NCBI RefSeq assembly: GCF_900232105.1
Contig: NZ_LT934425.1
Coordinates: 4,140,001-4,172,000 of the forward strand
Length of the DNA: 32,000 nucleotides
Direction of reading: 5' to 3'
Origin: Candidatus Kuenenia stuttgartensis
GTDB lineage: Bacteria; Planctomycetota; Brocadiia; Brocadiales; Brocadiaceae
The notes under the pieces are model-generated. The model was given only the letters and a program-made list of their open reading frames with translations. It was not told the DNA's origin and ran no database searches. Shown here piece after piece: positions 1 through 10,262 of this stretch (its first letter is position 1; each line of letters starts with the position of its first letter). A program made the position numbers and the translations under genes.

Positions 1-958
1 CTATTACGTACTTGGCATAAATAAGGGTCTCCGGTTTTAGTTCAATGCCCTTTTTGCTTGCATGTCTTTTAAGTTTTTTATGAGCTATTTTAATGGCTTC
101 TTCTGTTTTGCGTATTATACAAAGACTACCTTTGACATATTCAGTATTATCAACGTTTGGAATAAAAACGTTCCATGATTTTATAGCAAGGGGTCTTTTT
201 AAATATTGGATTTCTTTCAATAAAGGAAAGGGTTTCTTTTCTTCGCCGAATATCCGTAGAGATTGCGAATTAACTCTAACGCTAAGATAAGCGCCTTTCC
301 TTGTTGCATGATGAATTCCTTGGCCAGTACAGTAACCTCTGTCAGCTATAATATAATCATCTTTTTTCATCGGAAACTGCCGAAAAGATTCTCCTGTGCC
401 TTCTCCTTCAGTTCCCGTAAGTTTAAAGAAATCGCAAGATAATGAAGGAACCTCAATACTATAATGAATGCGCCAAAGACTTCCTGTTTTCCCAGGTTCC
501 TTTACTGTTGTTGCATCAAATAAGCGAAGATGAAAATTATTCCGTTTATTAATTTGGAGGCCACGCTCACGGAATAAAGATAAACATAATTTATATAGCC
601 ATTCTTTGCTCTTTTTTAATCGCTTTAATAAGGCAACATCGGATAAATCTGCTAAGTTAGCACGCTTGGCTCGAACTACTGTTTCACGCAATGAATAGCC
701 ACATCCTAAATGAATTAATAATGTTCGAAGAAGCTTTTCTTCAGATTTATCCTTGCGCAAGCCTTTTAAAGCATTTGTATCAACGGCTAAACTTTTCCAA
801 TCGTTTGGGAAGAAAGTTCTTAGAAGATCCCAATCTTCTCTCATCATGGCTTTATCCTCCTATAGAGTGATTAGCGGGATAATTAATATAAAAATACCAT
901 GATGAATAAAAATACCATGATGAATAAAATTTGTCAATAAAACAAGTTAGCGCTTATG
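1..958 (-). mobile_element. IS4-family element, copy 1, truncated by the window start; partial transposase CDS on the minus strand from 847 to beyond position 1
   Basis: Near-identical to 18344-19727 and 28571-31082. Ends at 958 with the shared terminal repeat (TAAAACAAGTTAGCGCTTATG). ATGATG start (minus) at 847. Confidence 0.93.
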
Positions 959-1175
959 CCCCCTGCACCCCCGCCAGCGGAGGACATAGTTTGAGCAGGA
1001 TCATTCCCGATTTTTGGTTAACTAATTGTACAAGGACTATTGTACAAGGACTAAAGTGTTACCAAATTTCACCATTAAATATTTTGCCAAAAATGCTAAG
1101 AAATTACTGATAAGGTACTAAAAAATCCCCCCCGGCAGACTTCTGGCAGGAGCCTTTAAAAAAAGGAAGCAAATC

Positions 1176-2189
1176 TTGCGCATACGCTTATTTTCAGTTG
1201 ACAACTCTTATATACAAAACTATCATCTCTGCATGTTTTCATTTGCCAATATTAAACAATATAAAAAAATATTACTCTTATTCCTGCTGATAGTGTTCGC
1301 AAGCAGTATTATTGCACCCGTAGTAAAAGTATTTTTGGATTCATTTTTACCCTCAAATTCTTTTTTCGTTAATTTATTGGATTATGAAGATGGTCACTAT
1401 AATTTTGCAAGAGTCATGCGGCGCATTATCATGGCGGTCGCCATTCTATGCATATTTTTATTGAGAAAATCACTCATGTTTCCTTCCTTTGGTACTATTG
1501 GTTTAAAGCCCGGTAAAGGCTGCTGGCAAAAATTGCAAATTGGATTTCTTATTAGCACCGGTATGTGTATTCTCTATTTCGCATTTTTATATTTTTACGG
1601 AATTGTTACTTTTGAAATAGAAACAATGTCTCCCGGCAGTTTGATCGGTAAAGTTTTCACCTTGATAATAATCGCCGTTGTTGTGGGCGGCGTAGAAGAG
1701 TTTATTTTCAGAGGATTTATCCTTCAAAGCATTTTAAGAGATACGAAGGTGTTATTTGCCGTTTGTTTCTGCAGTATGTTTTACGCATTGCTCCACTTCT
1801 TCAAGGCGAACTCACTCGTTACTCCGGGTTTTCAACCCTTTATTGGTTTTATTGTAGTATATCAATCTTTCGCCAATATTATTCTCACTATTGCAGAGAC
1901 ACTTCCACTAATTATTGGGCTCTTCATTGTTGGCGTGGTGCTTTCGTACGCCTATTTGAAAACAAATTCATTGTACCTCTCCATTGGACTGCATGCCGGA
2001 TGGATATTTTTTATTAAGGCAAACAGGCTTTTTTTTGATTTCGTTGATTCAGAATCAGGTTGGTTGTTCGGAGACCGTAACTTAATTAACGGCATAATGG
2101 GCTGGAGTTTTTTGATCGTTACCCTTTTAATTGTACATTTTATTACAAAAAGACTGCATAATGGAAAAAACGCTGCAAGAACTTGCTGA
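1176..2189 (+). CDS. CPBP-family intramembrane metalloprotease (CAAX protease/Abi-like)
   Basis: 337 aa, several hydrophobic segments, motifs EEFIFRGFILQ, FYALLHFF and LHAGW typical of CPBP proteases. Confidence 0.85.
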   Translation: MRIRLFSVDNSYIQNYHLCMFSFANIKQYKKILLLFLLIVFASSIIAPVVKVFLDSFLPSNSFFVNLLDYEDGHYNFARVMRRIIMAVAILCIFLLRKSLMFPSFGTIGLKPGKGCWQKLQIGFLISTGMCILYFAFLYFYGIVTFEIETMSPGSLIGKVFTLIIIAVVVGGVEEFIFRGFILQSILRDTKVLFAVCFCSMFYALLHFFKANSLVTPGFQPFIGFIVVYQSFANIILTIAETLPLIIGLFIVGVVLSYAYLKTNSLYLSIGLHAGWIFFIKANRLFFDFVDSESGWLFGDRNLINGIMGWSFLIVTLLIVHFITKRLHNGKNAARTC

Positions 2190-3201
2190 TTACGTAGGGG
2201 GAACAGTTGCCGGCGATCCCAATACCATCATAAACGGTATCATGGGCATTGATGAAGCAACTGAAGGACACATCACATTTGTCGCCAATGAAAAATACAT
2301 TAAAAAAATGAATCATACCAAGGCTTCCGCGGTGATCGTTTCGCCAAAACTTATCAACGCTAAAAAGAACCTTCTGGTCTGCAATAACCCCTATCTTGCA
2401 TTTGCAAGGATAGTGGAATTACTCATGTTTAAAAAACCGGTCTACGTGAAAGGAATTGATTCCGCCACAAGCATTGCAAATACGGCAAAAATCGGCAAAG
2501 ACGTTTCAATTCAGGCATACGTTACGATAGGAGAAAACGCCTGCATCGGCGACCGCGTGGTTGTTTTCCCCGGTGTTTTTATCGGAGAAAACTGTACCAT
2601 CGGCGATGATGCCGTTCTCCATGCAAATGTTGTAATCTATCCCGATACCGTAATTGGCAGGAGAGTCACTATTCACAGCAATACGGTAATCGGCAGCAGC
2701 GGCTTTGGCTATGCCCCTGATGGCCAGAGCTATTATAAAATACCACAGGCGGGCAATACTGTAATAGAAGACGACGTTGATATTGGTGCAAATACAACAA
2801 TCAACAGGGCAACTCTGGGGCAAACTATCATCAGGCGGGGAACAAAAATTGACAGCCAGGTTGTCATCTCTCATAACGTCGAAATCGGAGAAGATTCTGT
2901 AATCGTTTCACAGGTAGGCATTGCAGGCACCGCAAAAATCGGAAAACACGTGACCCTTGCAGGCGGCGTCGGCATTATCGGACATATTACCGTTGGAGAC
3001 AACGTTACCGTTGGCGGGCATTCCGGAGTGGCGCAAGACCTCCCTGGCAACGGAACATACCTGGGAACGCCTGCGCTTCCCATTCAAAAAATGAGGCGAT
3101 GTTACGTAATCATTGAAAAATTGCCTGAAATGAAAGAACATATGAAATCACTTGATAAAAGATTAAAACAACTGGAAGAAAAATGGAAAAACTCGGATTA
3201 A
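2161..3201 (+). CDS. lpxD: UDP-3-O-acylglucosamine N-acyltransferase
   Basis: Hexapeptide-repeat left-handed beta-helix (IGxxxxIG repeats, NTTINRATLG, HNVEIGEDSVI, GGVGIIGHITVGDN); LpxD N-terminal domain (TLQELADYVGGTVAGDP). Start at the internal ATG at 2161 preferred over 2131. Confidence 0.95.
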   Translation: MEKTLQELADYVGGTVAGDPNTIINGIMGIDEATEGHITFVANEKYIKKMNHTKASAVIVSPKLINAKKNLLVCNNPYLAFARIVELLMFKKPVYVKGIDSATSIANTAKIGKDVSIQAYVTIGENACIGDRVVVFPGVFIGENCTIGDDAVLHANVVIYPDTVIGRRVTIHSNTVIGSSGFGYAPDGQSYYKIPQAGNTVIEDDVDIGANTTINRATLGQTIIRRGTKIDSQVVISHNVEIGEDSVIVSQVGIAGTAKIGKHVTLAGGVGIIGHITVGDNVTVGGHSGVAQDLPGNGTYLGTPALPIQKMRRCYVIIEKLPEMKEHMKSLDKRLKQLEEKWKNSD

Positions 3202-4001
3202 TTGCAGGAAACGGAAGATTCCCCATACTGTTTGCCAAAGGCGCAAAAAATAATAATGTGCCGGTTATAGCCGTTGCTATTGAAGGGGAAACCTCCCCGG
3301 AAGTCGGGCAATATGTGGAAAAACTCTACTGGATCGGCGTCGCTCAGATTGGCAAACTTATTAAAATTTTTAAACAGGAAAACGTTTCCAAAGCAGTCAT
3401 GGCGGGCGGTCTTACGAAAGGCAATATGTTTTCCTCTTTGCGAAATCTTAGACTCCTTCCCGATTTAAGGACAATTAACCTCTGGTATAAAAACGTAAAG
3501 AGAAGAGACGACCAGACCCTGCTCGGAGCGGTTGCTGACGAGTTGTTGAAAGACGGCATAGAATTGCAAAGTTCCACCCTTTACGTTCCTCAATTACTCG
3601 CAAAAAAAGGCATACTTACCAAAAAAAACCCCACCGATAGAGAGATGGAAGATATTTATTTCGCAGTTCCATTGGCAAAAGAAATTGCGAAACACGGCAT
3701 CGGCCAGTGTATTGTTGTTAAGGAAAAAGTAGTTCTTGCGGTGGAAGCCTTTGAAGGTACTGATGAAGCAATCCGCAGAGGCGGAAAACTGGGGAGAAGC
3801 GATGTTGTTGTCATAAAAGTTTGCAAACAAAATTTTGATCCGCGATTCGATATTCCTACCGTAGGTCTTGACACCATTAAAACCCTGAAAGAATCTTCCG
3901 CCTCCGTCCTTGCCCTTGAAGCAGGCAGGACTATTATTCTCGATATTGAAGAAACCCTTGCAGAGGCTGACAAGGCAGGCATTTCCGTTATAGGCATATA
4001 G
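3183..4001 (+). CDS. lpxI: UDP-2,3-diacylglucosamine diphosphatase, LpxI type (DUF1009)
   Basis: 272 aa beginning MEKLGLIAGNGRFPILFAKGAK with KAVMAGGLTKGNMF; overlaps lpxD by 19 bp. Confidence 0.92.
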   Translation: MEKLGLIAGNGRFPILFAKGAKNNNVPVIAVAIEGETSPEVGQYVEKLYWIGVAQIGKLIKIFKQENVSKAVMAGGLTKGNMFSSLRNLRLLPDLRTINLWYKNVKRRDDQTLLGAVADELLKDGIELQSSTLYVPQLLAKKGILTKKNPTDREMEDIYFAVPLAKEIAKHGIGQCIVVKEKVVLAVEAFEGTDEAIRRGGKLGRSDVVVIKVCKQNFDPRFDIPTVGLDTIKTLKESSASVLALEAGRTIILDIEETLAEADKAGISVIGI

Positions 4002-4290
4002 GCGCTTCACGTTTAACAATTGACAATTTATTGTAGAGATGCTGCATCGTATAAATTCTAAATACGAACCCCGAAATACGAAACAATACAGAGCTACAAA
4101 CAGATCACCCCTAACGGGGTTATATTGTTTTTTTATATATTGGCTTTTCAAAAAACTAAATTGTTACAAATGTTACCAAATACGGATAACGTTTTTGCCA
4201 TTAGGATTTCGTATTTCGTGCTTCGCATTTCTTATCTCATCCCTGTTTAGTTATGGCTACACCAGCTTAGGAGTTTTATCTCTTTTAACA

Positions 4291-4914
4291 ATGATGACCA
4301 AAACACCTCGTGAAAGATGTTTTCATTGCCATTTAATACTACAGGACTGTATTTGTCCCCAAAATCCTCCCCTCTGGACCGAACACAAAATAACCCTGTT
4401 AACAAGCAGAAAAGAGTCGCGAATCCCATCCAATACCGGAAGGTTGATCCGTATCATGTTGGAAAACACCACTGCTATTTTTATCGGAGAATACGGCTGG
4501 GAAAGAGCGGTTGAGCGGGAAATAGCAGGAAATGATTATACGCCTGTAATCCTCTTTCCCATGGCGCCTTCTATTGACGGTAAAAATATCATTGAAAAAA
4601 AGGGGAAGCCTCTGAATATTTTCGTACCGGACACAAGCTGGAGAAATGCGAGAAGATGGCTTCACAAACCACTGTTTCTGAATTTACCGAAAATAGGATT
4701 AAGAGAAATTCCTGCCTCTGAATATCACCTGAGAAAACAATCTGCCAAAAATTATTTATGTACATTTCAGGCAGTAATCTCATTAATGAAGGAACTCGAA
4801 ATCAAGGATTTTGGCTCAGCATCTTTTCAAATGAACGAAAGATTCAGGCTATGGGTAAAATCGCTGGCAAAAGAAAGAGGATTAACCTTCACGAGCGATA
4901 GCATTAATTATTGA
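4291..4914 (+). CDS. DTW-domain protein, probable tRNA-uridine aminocarboxypropyltransferase
   Basis: N-terminal CxxC..CxC (CFHCHLILQDCIC), PNTGR and DTSWRNARRW (DTW-type motif). The track ORF starts at 4039, but homologous sequence starts near 4291/4294. Confidence 0.85.
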   Translation: MMTKTPRERCFHCHLILQDCICPQNPPLWTEHKITLLTSRKESRIPSNTGRLIRIMLENTTAIFIGEYGWERAVEREIAGNDYTPVILFPMAPSIDGKNIIEKKGKPLNIFVPDTSWRNARRWLHKPLFLNLPKIGLREIPASEYHLRKQSAKNYLCTFQAVISLMKELEIKDFGSASFQMNERFRLWVKSLAKERGLTFTSDSINY

Positions 4915-5088
4915 ATTCGGGTAACTATACTCAAACTGCGGAATTTTTTGCTACTGTACAAAACAAGATGCATTAGTCATATTCAGGGGACACCATACTT
5001 AATTATTGGCACAATCAAGTATGGATGGATGGGGTTCTTGAAGTGGCGAGAAAGGTAACAATTTAGTATTTTGAAAAATTCCAACAAT

Positions 5089-5115
5089 GTAGTGCGATGA
5101 GGTTCGTCGCACTAC
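5089..5115. repeat. Short palindromic intergenic repeat GTAGTGCGATGAGGTTCGTCGCACTAC
   Basis: Outer arms GTAGTGCGA/TCGCACTAC; near-copy at 7029-7055. Confidence 0.8.
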
Positions 5116-5255
5116 AAATTATAATTTCCTGTAGTGGTCAATAAATAGGGGTAATGCATTTACATCCCTCGTATAAACCTGATATGTGCTTACCTTTAGT
5201 CCCCCCCGCTGGGGGAGTCAGGGCAATGTCATTAAGTTAAACAAACGGCCGCAAA

Positions 5256-5284
5256 GTAGAGACAGATTTCAAACCTGTCTCTAC
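5256..5284. repeat. 29-nt palindromic repeat GTAGAGACAGATTTCAAACCTGTCTCTAC
   Basis: Near-perfect dyad; further copies at 5482-5510 and 6997-7025. Confidence 0.85.
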
Positions 5285-5481
5285 GAAGGGGGAAAAAGGG
5301 GGGTGTTTTTGATCAAATAATTCATAGCACCTTAGTTATTTGAAAAATCCAAGGGGGGATATAAAAAACAATGTAGCCCCTGTAGGGGCGGTCTGTTTGT
5401 AGCGCAATAAAATTCAACAGGTAAATAGCTCCGTAGGAGCGGCCTGTATATGATTGACAGGAAGACAGGCCGCTCCTGATT

Positions 5482-5510
5482 ATAGAGACAGGTTTCAAAC
5501 CTGTCTCTAC
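5482..5510. repeat. Palindromic repeat ATAGAGACAGGTTTCAAACCTGTCTCTAC
   Basis: Second copy of the 29-nt palindrome family. Confidence 0.85.
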
Positions 5511-5738
5511 GATCTGTTATGGTATCCTATCTACAAACAGGTTGCTCCTACGGAGCTTATCGGCAATACGTTTTTTTTAAACCAAAGTGTTACAATAATT
5601 CTGAACTTAATGACATTGGGATTCAGGGGTTCTTTTGTACAATAGCATCCTATCCTGCTACAAACAGGTTGCTTGCACTGAATTTATCGACAATACGTTT
5701 TTCAAAAAACTAAAGTGTTACGATGCTTTTAGCTATCA

Positions 5739-6869
5739 CTATGTCATGGTTTTCTGAAATCTCCGGGAAGCAAACCAAAGAGTCAATATCCCCATAACCA
5801 TAAGAGCAAGCATTTGAGGCCAGAGAATTTCTGTCCCGATTCCTTTAAGAAAGATTCCGCGAATAATTTCCAGGAAATACCGGAGAGGATTCAGATAGGT
5901 AAGCCACTGGATTGCCCTGGGCATATTTGCTATTGGAAACATAAATCCGGAAAGTAATACTGCAGGAAAATAAAAGAAGAAGGTACTCATCATTGCCTGT
6001 TGCTGTGTCTGGCTTACTGTTGAAATGAATAGTCCGATGCCAAGCGTAGTCATGATATACAAAGCCGTAGCAAAGAAAAGAAGAAACAGGTTGCCTCTGA
6101 TAGGCACTTCAAACCAGAAAACACCTATCACGGTAATCAGTATCACATCTGCAAATCCTATGAGTGCAAAAGGCACTGTTTTGCCCAGGATAAATTCAAT
6201 TTGTCTTATTGGGGTAACCATGATCTGTTCAATAGTCCCTATCTCTTTTTCCCGTACAACGGCCATACTGGTCAGCATCAGGGTAATAAGCATGACAATG
6301 ATTGCAATTACTCCGGGTACATAAAAATTTCTGCTCTCGAGGTTTTCATTGAACCATGCACGCGTTTGCATATCGACCCCAGCGGGCATTTGATAAGCGC
6401 CTTTGACCAGAGTAAGGCGGGTTATAAGAATCTTTTTTGAAAACTGTGCAACAATCTTTGCGCTGTAATCAAGTATTACTCCGGCAGTATTTGAATCGGT
6501 TCCATCTACAATTAACTGCAATTGAACAGACCTGCCTGCCCTTAAATTCCCTGCAAAGCCAGCATTCATATGAATTACCGCCCTTACCTTACCACGGTCA
6601 ACAAGTTCCCATATACGCCTTTCATCGCTTACATATTCGATTACCTTGAAATAGCCTGATTGGACAAAACGTGCCGTGAGTTCACGGCTGACTACAGTAT
6701 TGTCAAGGTCATAAACTGCTGTGGTAATATTCCTAACGTCTGTCGTAACAGCATATCCGAACACAAGTGTCTGGAGTACCGGCATGATAAAAATTATTCC
6801 CATCATCTTCCTGTCCCGAAACATCTGGATAAATTCTTTAATAAGGATTTGTCTTATACGTTCTATCAC
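5739..6869 (-). CDS. ABC-2 type transporter permease (YbhR-like)
   Basis: 376 aa; LIKEFIQMFRDRKMMGIIFIMP N-terminus, SMAVVREKEIGTIEQIMVTP motif, six hydrophobic segments. Confidence 0.9.
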   Translation of the reverse strand: MIERIRQILIKEFIQMFRDRKMMGIIFIMPVLQTLVFGYAVTTDVRNITTAVYDLDNTVVSRELTARFVQSGYFKVIEYVSDERRIWELVDRGKVRAVIHMNAGFAGNLRAGRSVQLQLIVDGTDSNTAGVILDYSAKIVAQFSKKILITRLTLVKGAYQMPAGVDMQTRAWFNENLESRNFYVPGVIAIIVMLITLMLTSMAVVREKEIGTIEQIMVTPIRQIEFILGKTVPFALIGFADVILITVIGVFWFEVPIRGNLFLLFFATALYIMTTLGIGLFISTVSQTQQQAMMSTFFFYFPAVLLSGFMFPIANMPRAIQWLTYLNPLRYFLEIIRGIFLKGIGTEILWPQMLALMVMGILTLWFASRRFQKTMT

Positions 6870-6996
6870 TTTTATTGTAACACTTTAGTTTTTTTGAAAA
6901 ATTCCAATAATAACGCTGCTTTCAGTATAGTGTAAGTGTAGTGGCGAAGCATTTGTCATAAACGGTTGCTGCTCGTTCCTCACTTGAAATATCTAA

Positions 6997-7025
6997 GTAG
7001 AGACAGGTTTGAAACCTGTCTCTAC
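6997..7025. repeat. Palindromic repeat GTAGAGACAGGTTTGAAACCTGTCTCTAC
   Basis: Third copy of the 29-nt palindrome, lying between the two permease genes. Confidence 0.85.
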
Positions 7026-7097
7026 CATGTAGTGCGACGAACCTCGTCGCACGACAAAGGACAATTTTCCAGTTTCAAAAGACAAAAGAGTTACCTT

Positions 7098-8288
7098 TTA
7101 TTCAAGTTTTTTGTTGAAACCAACATTGGCGAGGATGACCATTACGATACCAAACAATGTCAGCAAAACCGCCTCCAAGATTAAAACCTCCAGCCCTACT
7201 CCTTTGAGATAGATACCTTTAAGCAGCGTCACAAAATACGTTGCGGGAATGAAGTATGTCATTACCTGTATAGCTTGCGGCATATTGTCAATTGCGTACA
7301 CAAAACCGGACAAAAGAAATGACGGAAGAAACGTTACTACCATGGCAAGCTGGCTGGCCAGAAGCTGTGTTCTTGCCAGAATGCTTATCACTATACCCAA
7401 CGAAAGTGCACCGGTAAGGAATATGGCTGCCATAGCAAAGAGAAGTCCCGCACTGCCACGAAGTGGTACCTGAAACAAAAATTCTCCCATGAGAACTGCG
7501 ATCAGAACATCAAACATTCCAATAGCGAAATAAGGAAATAGCTTACCGAATATGAGTTCGCTTCCACTGACAGGCGTTGATATAAGCTGCTCCATTGTTC
7601 CCCGCTCCCATTCACGTGCAACGGTCAGAGAGGTGAGAAGTGCTGCAATTACCATCATGATCACTGCGATAAGGCCAGGTACAATGGAGTTCTTTGATTC
7701 AAGGTCGGCATTAAACCATGCCCTGGGCCTAAGGTCCACAGGGTTGCTAATCCCGTGTGATCCTCCGATGCGCTCAATCTGTCTGATAACGAGGTCACTG
7801 GAATAGTTAAAGGCAACAGTATCAACATACCCAATTGTAATAGTCGCTGTGTTTGAGTCGCTTCCGTCCACTATTAGCTGTGTGGAAACCCTACGGCCCG
7901 AGTTGATTCTCCTATCGAAATCTGTAGGTATAATAAGAGCTGCGAATGCCTTACCTGAATCTATCGCCCTTTCGATATCACGGTAATTGCTTACCTGGGC
8001 TTTGAGCGAAAAGTAACGGGAACCGGTGAACCGGCTTATAAACTCCCTGCTCATCTCAGATTCGTTCTGGTCCCAAACAACTATCGGTACACTGTCAACA
8101 TCAAGAGTAAGTGCATATCCGAAAAGCACTAACAAAATCATTGGAATAGCGATAGCCATCCCCAGACTTCGCGGATCGCGTATAATATGTAAAAACTCTT
8201 TACGGGAAATAGCCCAAAACCTGTTTAGCTTCATCATGTTCTTTTCCGTATTTACTAAACGTAATTTTACTCCTGCGACCACCTGCAA
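7098..8288 (-). CDS. ABC-2 type transporter permease (YbhS-like)
   Basis: 396 aa; RKEFLHIIRDPRSLGMAIAIP and TVAREWERGTMEQLISTPVSGSELIFGK motifs. Confidence 0.9.
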   Translation of the reverse strand: MQVVAGVKLRLVNTEKNMMKLNRFWAISRKEFLHIIRDPRSLGMAIAIPMILLVLFGYALTLDVDSVPIVVWDQNESEMSREFISRFTGSRYFSLKAQVSNYRDIERAIDSGKAFAALIIPTDFDRRINSGRRVSTQLIVDGSDSNTATITIGYVDTVAFNYSSDLVIRQIERIGGSHGISNPVDLRPRAWFNADLESKNSIVPGLIAVIMMVIAALLTSLTVAREWERGTMEQLISTPVSGSELIFGKLFPYFAIGMFDVLIAVLMGEFLFQVPLRGSAGLLFAMAAIFLTGALSLGIVISILARTQLLASQLAMVVTFLPSFLLSGFVYAIDNMPQAIQVMTYFIPATYFVTLLKGIYLKGVGLEVLILEAVLLTLFGIVMVILANVGFNKKLE

Positions 8289-8330
8289 AACCGGCCAATA
8301 AAATAAAAATCCCCAGGCGTTTAATCCGGT

Positions 8331-9383
8331 TCAAACCCCATCTTTGATCCCTTTTTGATGCTCACGATCGTAAGCTTCTATGAGTGAAATAAACACGTCC
8401 TCCATGGACGGAACAACTTTCTCAATACCTGTCACTACATAATTTTGCCCGGCAAGCAGGTTACGAATTGATTTTTCTGCTGATGCCGCATTACCGGTTA
8501 CAACATGAAGCCCGTTTCCGAACAGGGTCACTTCTTTTATATCTGGCAGTCCGCCAATTTGATCCATTGCATCCTGTGACCTGTCACATGCCACTTCCAG
8601 GATATCCTCTTTCATGAGTTCGGTCTTAAGATATTCCGGAGACCCTATGGCAATAAGTTTCCCCCTGTAGATCAGCCCTATCCTGTCGCAATATTCGGCT
8701 TCATCCATATAGTGAGTTGTCACGAATACCGTAACGCCACTACCTGATAGTTCATATATCAGGTCCCAGAACTGGCGGCGGCTTATCGGGTCTACTCCGG
8801 AGGTGGGTTCATCAAGAAAGATTATCGAAGGCTCGTGCAAGATAGCACAACCCAGTGCTAACCTCTGCTTCCAGCCTCCTGACAAGATAGCTGTTTGAGA
8901 ATGGCGGTGATCCTTAAGCCCTGCCATATCAATAATCCATTCTTTTCTTCTTTTTTTCTTCTCTGCGGGTATACAATAGATTCCACTGTAGAAATCAATG
9001 TTTTCCTCTACGGTTAGGTCTTCATAGAGAGAAAACTTCTGACTCATATATCCGATGTGTTCTTTGATCTTTTCCGGTTCGGTACGTATGTCAAACCCTC
9101 CAACTGTACCGCTTCCTCCGGTCGGGGCAAGGATTCCACAGAGCATGCGTATCGTTGTAGACTTGCCTGCTCCGTTAGGTCCAAGGAATCCGAAAATCTC
9201 TCCTTTGAAAACCTCAAAACTAACGCTATCTACGGCCAGGAAATCACCGAAACGCCTCTCAAGACCCACTACAACTACAGCTTTTTTATCATCATTTTTA
9301 TTGTCAATGGTGTTCATCTCCATTACTTTACTCATTTTGGCTGGCAAGGACGTAGACAAAGACATCCTCAAGTGATGGTTCAA
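8331..9383 (-). CDS. ABC transporter ATP-binding protein (matches the C-terminal half of YbhF-type proteins)
   Basis: Walker A GPNGAGKST, signature LSGGWKQRLALG, Walker B IIFLDEPTSGVDP. Likely real start near 9317-9323. Confidence 0.93.
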   Translation of the reverse strand: MNHHLRMSLSTSLPAKMSKVMEMNTIDNKNDDKKAVVVVGLERRFGDFLAVDSVSFEVFKGEIFGFLGPNGAGKSTTIRMLCGILAPTGGSGTVGGFDIRTEPEKIKEHIGYMSQKFSLYEDLTVEENIDFYSGIYCIPAEKKKRRKEWIIDMAGLKDHRHSQTAILSGGWKQRLALGCAILHEPSIIFLDEPTSGVDPISRRQFWDLIYELSGSGVTVFVTTHYMDEAEYCDRIGLIYRGKLIAIGSPEYLKTELMKEDILEVACDRSQDAMDQIGGLPDIKEVTLFGNGLHVVTGNAASAEKSIRNLLAGQNYVVTGIEKVVPSMEDVFISLIEAYDREHQKGIKDGV

Positions 9384-10257
9384 TGGTACGGATACCTGTG
9401 ATTCTTACTCCGGCAGTGTTCAGTATTTTTTCTGTTTCCTTTGTGTCCGTATCAGGATTTTTTGTCACTATGTGTATTTTGTCTCCGAAAAGGCCGACTG
9501 AATCTACTTTTAATTTTTCACGCAACAGGAGACTGGCTTTCCTGGAATCAGAAGTGCGGATCTCAATTACGGACATGTGCATCAATTTTTTCACTTCTGC
9601 GGGGGTACCGATACTAAGCAGCTTTCCTTTGTGAATAAGTCCTATCCTTGTGCATCTTTCCGCCTCATCCAGGTAGGCCGTGGACACAAAGATGGTTACT
9701 TTTTTTCTCAAAAGCTGGTACAGAATTCTCCAGAAATCACGGCGTGACAACGGATCTACGCCATTTGTAGGTTCATCCAGAAAGAGAACTTTGGGTGTAT
9801 GAATAAGTGCACAGGCAAGTCCAAGCTTTTGTTTCATGCCACCCGAAAGGTTACCGGCGAGTCGTTTCCTAAACGGCGTGAGATTGCTGAATTCCAGAAG
9901 TTCTTCAATTTTTTCCTTCCTTCCCTTTCGGGGAACACTGTAAATATCTGCATAGAAATTTATGTTTTCTATTACTGAGAGGTCGGGGTATAGACCAAAC
10001 CTCTGACTCATATAACCAATCTCCTCTTTAATCAATTCGGCATCTTTTACTGTATGTTTCCCGGCAATCCATGCAGCGCCGGAAGTTGGTTCCATGATAG
10101 ATGTGAGAAGTCGCATAACAGTGGTCTTTCCTGCACCATCAGGACCAACAAGACCAAATATTTCTCCTTCGGCAACTTTTAGTGTAAGATTGTCTACGGC
10201 TTTCAGATTATTAAACAATTTTGTTAAATTTTCAGTTCTTATGGTATCCGTAATCAT
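9328..10257 (-). CDS. ABC transporter ATP-binding protein (matches the N-terminal half of YbhF-type proteins)
   Basis: Walker A GPDGAGKTT, signature LSGGMKQKLGLA, Walker B VLFLDEPTNGVDP. Confidence 0.93.
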   Translation of the reverse strand: MITDTIRTENLTKLFNNLKAVDNLTLKVAEGEIFGLVGPDGAGKTTVMRLLTSIMEPTSGAAWIAGKHTVKDAELIKEEIGYMSQRFGLYPDLSVIENINFYADIYSVPRKGRKEKIEELLEFSNLTPFRKRLAGNLSGGMKQKLGLACALIHTPKVLFLDEPTNGVDPLSRRDFWRILYQLLRKKVTIFVSTAYLDEAERCTRIGLIHKGKLLSIGTPAEVKKLMHMSVIEIRTSDSRKASLLLREKLKVDSVGLFGDKIHIVTKNPDTDTKETEKILNTAGVRITGIRTIEPSLEDVFVYVLASQNE

Positions 10258-10262
10258 ATTTC

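Noticed and set aside
93-290. Repeated 65-aa plus-strand ORF MASSVLRIIQRLPLTYSV... (also at 29107-29304)
   Set aside because: Antisense to the IS4 transposase in each copy; repeats only because the IS repeats.
3594-4151. 185-aa minus-strand ORF overlapping lpxI
   Set aside because: Antisense to a confidently identified gene with low-complexity, non-conserved-looking sequence; likely spurious.
5256-7025. CRISPR-like array from the 29-nt repeats
   Set aside because: Copies are perfect dyads with irregular spacing (about 200 and 1500 bp) and no spacer series.
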